Shown: positions 9,491 to 19,236 of the stretch, piece by piece
Layout: every line of letters starts with the position of its first letter
Position numbering within the stretch: position 1 is the stretch's first letter
Origin: a virus
Reading direction: 5' to 3' (one strand)
IMG/VR virus record: IMGVR_UViG_3300027763_000039
Span: 32,001-96,000 of that record
DNA length: 64,000 nt
The notes under the pieces: model-generated
Database searches by the model: none
What the model saw: only the letters and a program-made list of their open reading frames with translations
Told to the model about the DNA's origin: nothing
Made by a program: the position numbers and the translations under genes

Positions 9491-9823
9491 ATGAAAGTAA
9501 CTTATAAAGCAAATGACAAATTATCTTTTGAGCTAGAAGCTGCTGGACAAAAGGAGATTTTTAAAGAATTGGCCTTAATTCAGGAGATTTTCTCAGAAGA
9601 AAAGTGTGGGCTTTGTAAGAGTACTAATTTGAAGTTTATAGTTCGTAATGTCGAAGGTAACGACTATTATGAATTAAGATGTATGGACTGTGGGGCAATA
9701 TTGTCCTTCGGTCAGCATAAAAAGGGTGGTACTTTATTTCCTAAGCGTAAAGATGACGAAAACAATTGGTTACCAAATAATGGTTGGCACAAATGGCAAA
9801 AAAATCCGGCAGACAAAAGTTAA
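9491..9823 (+). CDS. Zinc-ribbon protein
   Basis: CGLC..CMDC pair. Confidence 0.7.
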   Translation: MKVTYKANDKLSFELEAAGQKEIFKELALIQEIFSEEKCGLCKSTNLKFIVRNVEGNDYYELRCMDCGAILSFGQHKKGGTLFPKRKDDENNWLPNNGWHKWQKNPADKS

Positions 9824-10764
9824 ATCATTGGTTAGATAAAACAGTTCATGAACTGCATGATTGTGGATTGTTATATAGCTGTATTTTACATACAGTTGTA
9901 TTGTTAATAATGTCTCTGACATTCTTAGTACCAGAACCACTACAGACCATAAGATTAAAACTATCTTTTGATAGTGATTCTTCTTCCCTCGATATTGGCT
10001 CAGAACCGATACTAGATATTCAAACGATGGAAGACATTCCCGAGTCAGAATCAGATATTGAGTCTGATTTTAATCCAGAAAATATTGCCGCAATCGAAAG
10101 CTCGGATATCATAGAAACTGAGAATATTCCACCTATTTTAGATTCTTTAGAACCATCCGAAAGTAATGAGATAATGGATCTGGCTACTGAACAGCTGGAT
10201 CAACAAGTGGCAATAAAAGAAGAAGTTATTCCGCCTCCACCTGCTAAAGCTGTAGCAGCTAAAACCGGAAACAAAACTACTAATAGTTCAACAAATGAAG
10301 AATCTGGTGGTAATCAATTAAGTTCTGGAGATCAGGCTATAGTTGGTGCTATGGGAGAAAGATTAAGAATGGCTGGTGCAAAGACCGGCGATATACAGAT
10401 ATCTATTGGATGGAATACTATAGATGATGTTGATTTGCATGTGAAGGCAGTAAATGGTGCTGGTGTGTCTTGGATAAACTGGATGGCTCCATTTGGTGTG
10501 GATGGAGGTGAATTAGATGTTGATATGAATGCCGCACCTGATCAGCTAACAAATAGAGCTGTGGAAAATGTTTATTGGCCATTAGGTCAGTCACCACAAG
10601 CAGAATATATTGTTGGAGTACATCTATTCAGAAACCGAACAGGAGTACGCTCCGTTCCTGTTAGTGTTGTTATTAAAGTTGGAGGCAAAACTAAAGTGTT
10701 TAATGTTGACTGTGTGTCTGGTATGAACGTGACTGAGGTGACTCGATTCACGAAGGCAAACTAG
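9793..10764 (+). CDS. Single-pass membrane protein with acidic/Pro linker and C-terminal YfaP/DUF2135-like domain
   Basis: TM segment SCILHTVVLLIMSL; acidic spacer; DIQISIGWNTIDDVDLHV..GELDVDMN..VENVYWP..EYIVGVHLF; ATG 9793 preferred over TTG 9784. Confidence 0.7.
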   Translation: MAKKSGRQKLNHWLDKTVHELHDCGLLYSCILHTVVLLIMSLTFLVPEPLQTIRLKLSFDSDSSSLDIGSEPILDIQTMEDIPESESDIESDFNPENIAAIESSDIIETENIPPILDSLEPSESNEIMDLATEQLDQQVAIKEEVIPPPPAKAVAAKTGNKTTNSSTNEESGGNQLSSGDQAIVGAMGERLRMAGAKTGDIQISIGWNTIDDVDLHVKAVNGAGVSWINWMAPFGVDGGELDVDMNAAPDQLTNRAVENVYWPLGQSPQAEYIVGVHLFRNRTGVRSVPVSVVIKVGGKTKVFNVDCVSGMNVTEVTRFTKAN

Positions 10765-11239
10765 GCATAATAGGACCCCACTTATCAGCAGGACATTTTT
10801 GATCTCTATGAGCCAGTTTATTTTGATGATTGGCATCTCTAATGACCGTACATCCACACAATAAGCAAGAGTTATCTTTAAAATATTCACAGGTTTTGCA
10901 TATTGACAACCTTTGCTCTATTTCTTCTTGAGAACACAGATTTGCTGGAGCATTCTTTACTGCATCATCATTCCTAATTGCTTCTTTTTTAATTTGATCT
11001 AATAGTATGTTATTCATATCATCAGAACTAGAAAGATGTATTGGTTTTTCTAAATTAGGATTATTGATATGATTAGCATGTATTAAGTGTTGTAAATCTT
11101 CCATTTTTTTAAAACACATTATTTTAGTATCAGGATTTTCTATTCCCATAGTTAATCCACAATACTTACATTTATAAAGCGGCTTATTATTAAAAGTAGT
11201 TCCTAAGTTTTCTAAGTCACAGTAAGCTGTTTTATGCAT
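10748..11239 (-). CDS. Cys-rich protein with DUF6171-like C-terminal domain
   Basis: CKYCG; RLSICKTC..SCLLCGC..KCPADKW; last gene of the structural block, overlapping the convergent gene by 17 nt. Confidence 0.6.
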   Translation of the reverse strand: MHKTAYCDLENLGTTFNNKPLYKCKYCGLTMGIENPDTKIMCFKKMEDLQHLIHANHINNPNLEKPIHLSSSDDMNNILLDQIKKEAIRNDDAVKNAPANLCSQEEIEQRLSICKTCEYFKDNSCLLCGCTVIRDANHQNKLAHRDQKCPADKWGPIMPSLPS

Positions 11240-11240
11240 T

Positions 11241-14200
11241 TTAGTCTTTTGTCCTTAGATCTGTTTTTTTACCCGCCCTACAACAATAATTGGCATCATC
11301 ACACACTGGAATATCGGTATTATAACATTGAGGAGTACTATCGCAATCTGCTGTTTTATATATTTCTGTAGTATTAATTGATCCTGTAGGACAAGATCCT
11401 TTAATTCTATCACATTTTGCCCTTATTACATCTGTTTTAAAAGTATCTTGTACTGTTTTTGGTCTGCGATATCTATAAGTATAATAAGCTACTGTATATG
11501 TTGCTGTTAATTTTTCTACAGCGGGAGTATCAGTTAAAGTTGCTCTATACGTTATAGCAGGATAGCTAATATCTTTATAAAATACTCCGGCACAATCCTC
11601 TGGTACAACTCCTTCTACAATATCGCCCACATTTAATGACCCATTATTATTACATGGAGCAATATTTCTAAAATTTTGTTCCATCTGATTTTTCCATATT
11701 TCCTTCATTCTGTTCTGAGCCACCGTATTAGATGCCGGATAAGTTATGGGAATATCACATCCTGCAACAATTGCTGTTGGATAACGCATATTGCCTTTTA
11801 CACAAATTTCTGGATCTCCCATCTTGAATGATATGCACGTACTCCAAGGAAAAGAATCTGGAGCCTCTCTACCGCATAAGCCCATACCGCCATTGGTATA
11901 AGTCTGAGGGCCGCAAGCAACAGCAGAACAGCCATTACAAAGTCCACAACCAATAGTCTGTACACCCATAGCGACAGGACCATCAACATTCTTATCCGGA
12001 CTGCTCAAGAAATATCCCAGCATACAAGTTCTGGTTTCGGTTATAATCTCCCATTGTTGTATTTGTGGAGGCATTGTGATTTTATTAGGCTCAACCCCAC
12101 AATTATCACAACTGCTAGATATGGAATCTGAAACTGTAAAGCTATCATCTGGTACTGTGACTTTTATAATAGGACAATTATTCCTAATTCTATGAGATAC
12201 ACAATGGGGTGGCCCACCAGGTAAATTAATAGTCAGTGAATTATTATCATAATTGATAGAACATAAGTTTGTAGGACAAAGTGGATTATACGGAGTTGTT
12301 GGAGATGTAGTAACAGCATCATAAATATACCATGCTCCAGGAGCTCCGGTGTCGCATTCTATCCAAACACATTCTTCTACTGCTTCTCCTCCAATTTCTC
12401 CAATCGGACCAGCTGTTTCACCATTACCACTATAACCTCTACAAGAAGGTAGAGGGATTGTTTTACGAGCATCTGAAGTTCCATATTTGATTTTTCTTTT
12501 GTGTCCTTTTAATGCTATTTGATATCTACAATATTCAAAATTATAATCAAATGGTTGATAATCATATTGTAAAGGACCGTCCGCAGCATCACATGCGCAT
12601 CTTCCATCAGCTGAGTTCTGACAATATCCATACTCCCAATCTATACAATCGCAATGATCTTCAGTGTCCCCCATAGCCGGAGGAAAAGATCTTCCGTTTA
12701 TAGCACTATAGTATAGGTTATCAGTTAAAGGATTCTTATAGCTATCTGTAAAACAAGTACCACAAGATGGTTCAGAAACTGATCTTAGACTACCAATACC
12801 CTGAGGATGCTGAATAATTCTTCCTCCTATAGCATTTTCTAAGCTTCTTCCTATTAATAGTCCATTAATACTACCTTCTGCGTAGCAACCAGAAAAAACT
12901 CCTCTTGAGTATCTTCCATATTTTATTGTTCTTGATGTGCTTGTTAATTGTTTACAATCAGGACCCATCAGGTCTTTTACTGAATATCCAATACCTAGGT
13001 TAGTACATAAAAATTCTGGGGTATCAAGTATTATAGTACCTAAACATCCGTTTGATGGCCTATATTGTACTACATATCCAGGAGGAGACCCATAGTCTGG
13101 ATTGCACGTGGGATCAGGCATACCTGGTCTCCATGAACCAAGATTACATGATTTCTCACTACCCCAGTATGGCAGTTTGAGATCCTCTCTTGTTACACCA
13201 TCACATTTAAAGGTATTATACAATACTCCTTTTGGATGTGCTGACATAAAGCTCACACTATGAGAAGCTATTTCTTGACATTGTGTTAAAAGAGTATATT
13301 TTGTAGTGCTCGTATCACTTAATTTTTGATCAGATACTGCTAAACTATGACTAGTAACATATTCTGTGTGAATAACACTCTCTATAGTTTGACCATCTAT
13401 ATCTACTACTATTTTAATTTTACCATCACCACTTCTGACTGAAATAGTCATATTCTTATTTCCAATAGTGACTGATACAGATTTGCCTACTATCAGTTTA
13501 CCTTGAATAGATAATGATCCATTAATTTTTCTATTAGGAGGAATCGCTGTTTTATCTAAATTGTATGGAATATTTTTGTAAATATCTTTTGCTTCTATTT
13601 TCGGATCGGTATATTTAATTAAATCGTTAAATTTAATAGTTTGAGTGGTGTGGTCATCTATTGTTTTTAAATTAATTTTTTGTTTTTGTCCGTACCTCAT
13701 ACGAAATAAAATTTCATTAGCAAAGATATCTGTTTTTTTAACTATTTCTGTATGGTCATCTACTATACTATCTCTCATAATAGATTGATATTCTTCATTT
13801 AGTACAGAGATCCTACTGATAGTTGGTCTTGGAGAAATATCTTTATTACAGTTAGTAGCTGGATATAGTGTATTATTAGGATTTAATTCTAGTCTTTGTA
13901 TATAATATAGTTGGTGATTTCCTATAGGATTATATATTCCAGCATCATAAGATATAATATATGGAATATCATTAAGCTCCTGAGGAAGAGATTTCATCTT
14001 AGGCATTTGAATATGGTATATACCACTAAAAGATACAGCCCCAATAGTATTAATGCCACAAGCTGCGCTACCACATCCTTCTACTCTATCTGTGTCCCCA
14101 TAAACTGGCATTTTAATAAAGGGGGTGCCTGTGTATGGTGTTTTTTGAAAATGACCAAAATCAAATGTTATCGGAGGGAAAGTTACTGCTGTTGTTGGTG

Positions 14201-17200
14201 TCGCAGGAGTAAAAACACTACGTATACCTTCTCTATTAATAACACTATTAGATTCTACAGAATATAATTGAAAAGGAACATCATCTACTCGTAATGTATT
14301 TGTATAAAAAATTTGATCTGGTTTAATAGTTAAAGATGATTTTAATTCATTTCGTTTTTGTATATCTATAAAAAATAATTCTTTGTCATCAGGATTTAAA
14401 TACTTTGGTTCCCATATATGTCCAGCATCTAGATTTTTATATATCCCACTAATTTGAACAACCCCAGAATAAATATAGGATGAATTTTGTAGTAAACTTT
14501 TTACTAATATCTCTAAGTCTTTGATTAATAAACCTTTTAGTATCGGTTTAAAATTTTCTCTTACTGAATTCTCATATTCTCCATAATTTGGCACAAAATT
14601 AATATCCATAAATGGCAAATAGTTATTATAGTCTCTAAAAGTTTTTCTAACTATAGAATTATTTCCATCTCCAATATTGTATTTTTGATGAATAACATAT
14701 GAAGTTTGACCATTATACTTTATTAAAACTTCTTTTAGATTGTCTTGTTGATCTTTAATCTTAAAATTATAATTGTATAGATTATTATTGGCGTTATTAA
14801 TAATTGTTTTGAAAAACAGATTTTTATACAAACTATCTGGATAGAAGTCGTGTAAATATCCGGTATTATAAATATATTCTCCCAATTCATTAATTAATTT
14901 ACCATCAAAATCAATCAAGTCTCCCCATTTGGTGCTGTATATAGGATTTCTTAATAGTGGATCATTTTCACTTCTTAAAGCTTCTGGTATATTTTGATAA
15001 ATAATGAGAGAATCGACACCTAATTTAACGTCTTCTGCTTGATCAATAATGTCTGCTAGTTCGTTAATATTTTCAAGATTTATTTGTGGTATTTTTCCTA
15101 AGAAAGTGAAATCTAAAACACCAATACTATATTTTACATTAGCATCTAATACAAATTCTGTATATATTCTAAGATATTTATCATGAATATTATCGTTGTA
15201 ATTTAATTTATTTCCATTTTTATCAACATATATTGAATAAATACTTTTTTCTATAATTTTACCAATGTATGACAGCTTTGAATTTTCTTTGGAAGTTATC
15301 AGGACTTTTTGATCACAGTCTTTTTTAGTATTATGAACATAACCAACCATATTTTTACGATTATAATCAATTTGTAAATCAGTAAATTTAGTATTTAAAC
15401 GACTAGTATTATTTTCAGTCTTTTCAGCTACTAAAAAATAAGGTCGAGATCCCTCTATAATTATTTTTTTTGGATCTCTACCTCTAGTGAATTTAGTATT
15501 AACAATTGGATAATAGGTATTAGTTCTTTGCGTATTAAATAGATCATATGTAAAATTGTAAAAGAAATTAAAGTCTAGGTGTTCTTTGGTAGATACTGGA
15601 AGAATTGGTCCTGATAAATTTGTGGTACTATCTTTTTTGGTATATTCAAACAAATATGGTTGACCAATGTACTTTTTTTCGTCTTTAAAATATCCAAAAA
15701 TATTAGGATCATTATATTCCCACCATTGATTGTCTATTTTTAAATAAAGTCTAATTTTTTTATGATTATTTAATTCTGATATTTGTCGTAATGTTTCTTT
15801 AAGTTTATCGTTCATTTCTCCAATAAGCATTGTTCCGTCTTTAAATTTTTCTTCTTTTCTAAATACTTCTTTATCGTAATCGATATATGAAGTTAAATTA
15901 CCACTATCTCTAACAACTGATGTTTTATCAGTTTTATCCCCACCATAGATTAATCCAGTATTAGGATGAAAAAATCCTCTCTTTAGAGTTCCCATTTGTA
16001 CTGGAGCAGGAACGGCGAAATTCAACATTTGTTTACGTGGAACTCTCTCAAACTTTACCGCTAGGTCGATACTTTGATTTCCTAGTGTTCCAAATACTGT
16101 ATTAGTTGAACAAAAATTACCAACTGGAGGATATAGAACCAGATCATTACCTACTAAAGCTTCTAAATAAGGATTTACTAGAGTGGCCGTAACAGACGAA
16201 GATGATCCTCCTCCTTTACTAATAAAAACCTTTTTTTGTTTATCATAGACGATAGTATCATTTAAAGTCACGCGAGTTGCAAATCTTTGATATCCTATAT
16301 TCGGAGAAGAGGTCCACTCTAAATTTCCATCCTCATCAAAAGTTTGAGAATAACTTCTGGGTTTAAATAAATCTACATTCTCAATAACTTCTGCCCAAAC
16401 ATCAGCATGGATAGTATTATAAGAAGGTAAAGAAAAATTCCATTCTGTTTTTACATAATTAGGGAAATTAACAGTTACTGATTGAGAGCATCCGTATGGT
16501 TGTTCTGGGTCTATTTTTTCAGATAGAGGATCTATGAAATCTCCTACGTCTGGATGACCTGGTATTCTGATATCTCCTAAAAGTTTAGATATGTCCTTTT
16601 TTGAATATCCACCATAAGATGCAAAAACTGGACCATGGTCTGTTGATAAACTTGGAGTAAATAATAGTGGTTCATTGCTATAGGTAATGGATCCACCGTC
16701 TGTGCTACAAACATGAGGATAGTCTGTTATGGGACTCATAGAAAAACATTGACACTCATTTTTGTTAGGAAAACCCAAGCATTCACGAGTATCCTGATTA
16801 AAAGCTCTCAATTTTTCTATATTTAAACCATATATTTTAATGCCAACATCTTTAGTAGTAAAAGTTATACGACATTTGCCGTCCGTTAACCAAAGAGTTC
16901 CTTGATCAAAAACTGTACTATTATTGGCTCCAAAAATTTTACTATCATAGTAAACACCACCCTGATAATGAAATGCGGCTTTATCTATACGAGGATTCAT
17001 TATAGCAGCATTATATTTTCTGGTATGATATAGACTTTCATCATAAATAGTTCTTGCTGGTCTTGTTCCAACAACGAATCCTTCGCTATTATTAGCAAAT
17101 CTTGCAGATGGCTCATCGCAGAAACTAGCGTCTCCTTGAAAGCCGGAACAAAGAATTGGGTTTAATTTAAGGGCTAATTTATAAGACGATCCATCTCCGC

Positions 17201-19226
17201 AAGTAGAACATGAAATAGTTTCATCTTTTATGAACGGTCTAGGATAAGTGTTATTAAATATCGAACAACCAGTAAAATATACTACTTCTTTAAGGAGATG
17301 ATCATTGAAAAAAATTCCGGCCATATTCGCTGTTTTTTTTGTTATCGCCCCATCATTACAAGCAGAAGCATATTTTTTTCTATTGTTAATTTTACTTTCT
17401 ATTTTTAGATTACCCAATTCAATAGTTTGATTGTATGAAAACTGTTTAGAGATTGTTTGATCCAAGCAGTCTACATTAGACGAACAACCTCCTGATAATT
17501 TTCGGGTATCATTTATTTTTACTCCCATATCAAAACTTAAATCAATATAGGATTGAGATTTAATGTCTTTTGAAAATTCTAATATTGAAGAGGTATTAGG
17601 CCCACACCATAAATAAGCACCATATTTATTACCAAGAGTATGTATTAACTCTTCGTTAGAAGAAATAAAATTCATATGACTAACAGAATCAATCTCGCTA
17701 GCAGACATATCTTTATTTAGTTGATCTCTTTGTCTATATTCATTAATAGGGTTAACTGGATTCTGATCTTTATCTAATTGTTTGGGATCTAAGTCTGTAG
17801 TTTTTAATAAATCTACAACAACAGCATCATATTGAGGAGCAGTACTCAGCAAAGCAGCCAACTCAAACTTTTGCAGTTTTGTCATTGTATTTGGTCTGGT
17901 TCTTGATTCGTTATCTGCATTATCTATACGATCATAAATATCTCTCATTAAAGGATATAGATTAGCAGAAATATATGTGAAAGATGAACCAGATGGTATT
18001 ACGCCTATTACTTCAGAACCTTTAATCACTTTAATTCCTGAAGGACAAGTATTAACTACCGGGGTTTGGTCTTGTGATTCTGGAGGAGTCATTGATAATG
18101 GTTCTGGACCATCATTTTTAGCATAAAAGACATCTCCGGGAGATATATACAAATCTATACCTGGAATTGGCCTCTTATCATTTTTTCTGTCTTTGTCATA
18201 ATATCTATACCAGCCAATAATGCCAGAAGAATAATTCCATCTCCAATAAGAAGCTAATTTTTCTGTTTTAACAAAAATGTTATTATAGGTATTTTTAGAA
18301 AATCCATAGGGGACAGCACTGAAATCTTCAATAGACGGCAAAAGATCACTAATCTCTTCGGTTACTGTAGATTCTGGAAGAGGATAAGTATCCGGTACTA
18401 CCTCAGAGTCTTCTCCCATTAATCCACTAAATATAACATTAGAAGTATATGAAATAACTCCTGATCCTTTATTATTTAACTTGGTCAGAATAAAATGACC
18501 ACAAGTACTACCTGTTTGAAGATGTTTTTTATATGCTTTGTTGTGGTCATCTATATTATCATATTGAGAAGTGATAGGATCATACGGAATTTCGCCTATT
18601 CTAGGTTTAAGTTCCCAGTCTATGCATAGTTGTGGAGTAGATGAATTATTTGTAAAACTATTAAGAGGATTATTGCTACCATTTCCAAACTTAATAAATT
18701 TATCAAATCCTAGTCCAGAACCAACAGCTGGAAACTGTTTCATATGTTTAAAATCGTAAAATTGATCCAAATATTTCTGGTTCAAAATAGGCACTTTTGG
18801 TAAATAATCATCTCTTTCCATTCTAATGTCACACGCACCATTGCAACAATTAGAAGATAAAGATGTTGACTTATTTCCATTAGTATCTTTTAATTTCCAG
18901 GCAATTTTATGATTTGTGTTGTTGCTTAATGAAGAACAGTAAGAACAACGAAAAGAATCAATTGATTCAATTTCATCATAAGATGTTATTACGGGGGAAC
19001 AACGACAAGGATCAAAAGATGTATTTAAAGTAGTATCTGGTTGAGATAATAAATCCCCATATTTAATTGTAGAGTGTTTATTGTAAACAACAAGAGGTCT
19101 CCACAGCCCACTAGTTTTTGTATCAAATGGAGGAAGAAGAGTTGTTAGTGATGTTTTATCAATAATAGCAGTACTAAAATCTGCATCAGATAGAAAAGAC
19201 TTATTAAATATGGAACAGCAACTCAT
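11241..19226 (-). CDS. Giant (2661 aa) Cys-rich putative virion/tail-tip protein
   Basis: Uninterrupted ORF in the tail operon downstream of the TMP; Cys-dense N- and C-terminal parts and a Cys-poor N/K/I/Y-rich centre. Confidence 0.6.
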   Translation of the reverse strand: MSCCSIFNKSFLSDADFSTAIIDKTSLTTLLPPFDTKTSGLWRPLVVYNKHSTIKYGDLLSQPDTTLNTSFDPCRCSPVITSYDEIESIDSFRCSYCSSLSNNTNHKIAWKLKDTNGNKSTSLSSNCCNGACDIRMERDDYLPKVPILNQKYLDQFYDFKHMKQFPAVGSGLGFDKFIKFGNGSNNPLNSFTNNSSTPQLCIDWELKPRIGEIPYDPITSQYDNIDDHNKAYKKHLQTGSTCGHFILTKLNNKGSGVISYTSNVIFSGLMGEDSEVVPDTYPLPESTVTEEISDLLPSIEDFSAVPYGFSKNTYNNIFVKTEKLASYWRWNYSSGIIGWYRYYDKDRKNDKRPIPGIDLYISPGDVFYAKNDGPEPLSMTPPESQDQTPVVNTCPSGIKVIKGSEVIGVIPSGSSFTYISANLYPLMRDIYDRIDNADNESRTRPNTMTKLQKFELAALLSTAPQYDAVVVDLLKTTDLDPKQLDKDQNPVNPINEYRQRDQLNKDMSASEIDSVSHMNFISSNEELIHTLGNKYGAYLWCGPNTSSILEFSKDIKSQSYIDLSFDMGVKINDTRKLSGGCSSNVDCLDQTISKQFSYNQTIELGNLKIESKINNRKKYASACNDGAITKKTANMAGIFFNDHLLKEVVYFTGCSIFNNTYPRPFIKDETISCSTCGDGSSYKLALKLNPILCSGFQGDASFCDEPSARFANNSEGFVVGTRPARTIYDESLYHTRKYNAAIMNPRIDKAAFHYQGGVYYDSKIFGANNSTVFDQGTLWLTDGKCRITFTTKDVGIKIYGLNIEKLRAFNQDTRECLGFPNKNECQCFSMSPITDYPHVCSTDGGSITYSNEPLLFTPSLSTDHGPVFASYGGYSKKDISKLLGDIRIPGHPDVGDFIDPLSEKIDPEQPYGCSQSVTVNFPNYVKTEWNFSLPSYNTIHADVWAEVIENVDLFKPRSYSQTFDEDGNLEWTSSPNIGYQRFATRVTLNDTIVYDKQKKVFISKGGGSSSSVTATLVNPYLEALVGNDLVLYPPVGNFCSTNTVFGTLGNQSIDLAVKFERVPRKQMLNFAVPAPVQMGTLKRGFFHPNTGLIYGGDKTDKTSVVRDSGNLTSYIDYDKEVFRKEEKFKDGTMLIGEMNDKLKETLRQISELNNHKKIRLYLKIDNQWWEYNDPNIFGYFKDEKKYIGQPYLFEYTKKDSTTNLSGPILPVSTKEHLDFNFFYNFTYDLFNTQRTNTYYPIVNTKFTRGRDPKKIIIEGSRPYFLVAEKTENNTSRLNTKFTDLQIDYNRKNMVGYVHNTKKDCDQKVLITSKENSKLSYIGKIIEKSIYSIYVDKNGNKLNYNDNIHDKYLRIYTEFVLDANVKYSIGVLDFTFLGKIPQINLENINELADIIDQAEDVKLGVDSLIIYQNIPEALRSENDPLLRNPIYSTKWGDLIDFDGKLINELGEYIYNTGYLHDFYPDSLYKNLFFKTIINNANNNLYNYNFKIKDQQDNLKEVLIKYNGQTSYVIHQKYNIGDGNNSIVRKTFRDYNNYLPFMDINFVPNYGEYENSVRENFKPILKGLLIKDLEILVKSLLQNSSYIYSGVVQISGIYKNLDAGHIWEPKYLNPDDKELFFIDIQKRNELKSSLTIKPDQIFYTNTLRVDDVPFQLYSVESNSVINREGIRSVFTPATPTTAVTFPPITFDFGHFQKTPYTGTPFIKMPVYGDTDRVEGCGSAACGINTIGAVSFSGIYHIQMPKMKSLPQELNDIPYIISYDAGIYNPIGNHQLYYIQRLELNPNNTLYPATNCNKDISPRPTISRISVLNEEYQSIMRDSIVDDHTEIVKKTDIFANEILFRMRYGQKQKINLKTIDDHTTQTIKFNDLIKYTDPKIEAKDIYKNIPYNLDKTAIPPNRKINGSLSIQGKLIVGKSVSVTIGNKNMTISVRSGDGKIKIVVDIDGQTIESVIHTEYVTSHSLAVSDQKLSDTSTTKYTLLTQCQEIASHSVSFMSAHPKGVLYNTFKCDGVTREDLKLPYWGSEKSCNLGSWRPGMPDPTCNPDYGSPPGYVVQYRPSNGCLGTIILDTPEFLCTNLGIGYSVKDLMGPDCKQLTSTSRTIKYGRYSRGVFSGCYAEGSINGLLIGRSLENAIGGRIIQHPQGIGSLRSVSEPSCGTCFTDSYKNPLTDNLYYSAINGRSFPPAMGDTEDHCDCIDWEYGYCQNSADGRCACDAADGPLQYDYQPFDYNFEYCRYQIALKGHKRKIKYGTSDARKTIPLPSCRGYSGNGETAGPIGEIGGEAVEECVWIECDTGAPGAWYIYDAVTTSPTTPYNPLCPTNLCSINYDNNSLTINLPGGPPHCVSHRIRNNCPIIKVTVPDDSFTVSDSISSSCDNCGVEPNKITMPPQIQQWEIITETRTCMLGYFLSSPDKNVDGPVAMGVQTIGCGLCNGCSAVACGPQTYTNGGMGLCGREAPDSFPWSTCISFKMGDPEICVKGNMRYPTAIVAGCDIPITYPASNTVAQNRMKEIWKNQMEQNFRNIAPCNNNGSLNVGDIVEGVVPEDCAGVFYKDISYPAITYRATLTDTPAVEKLTATYTVAYYTYRYRRPKTVQDTFKTDVIRAKCDRIKGSCPTGSINTTEIYKTADCDSTPQCYNTDIPVCDDANYCCRAGKKTDLRTKD

Positions 19227-19236
19227 TTTTTATTTC

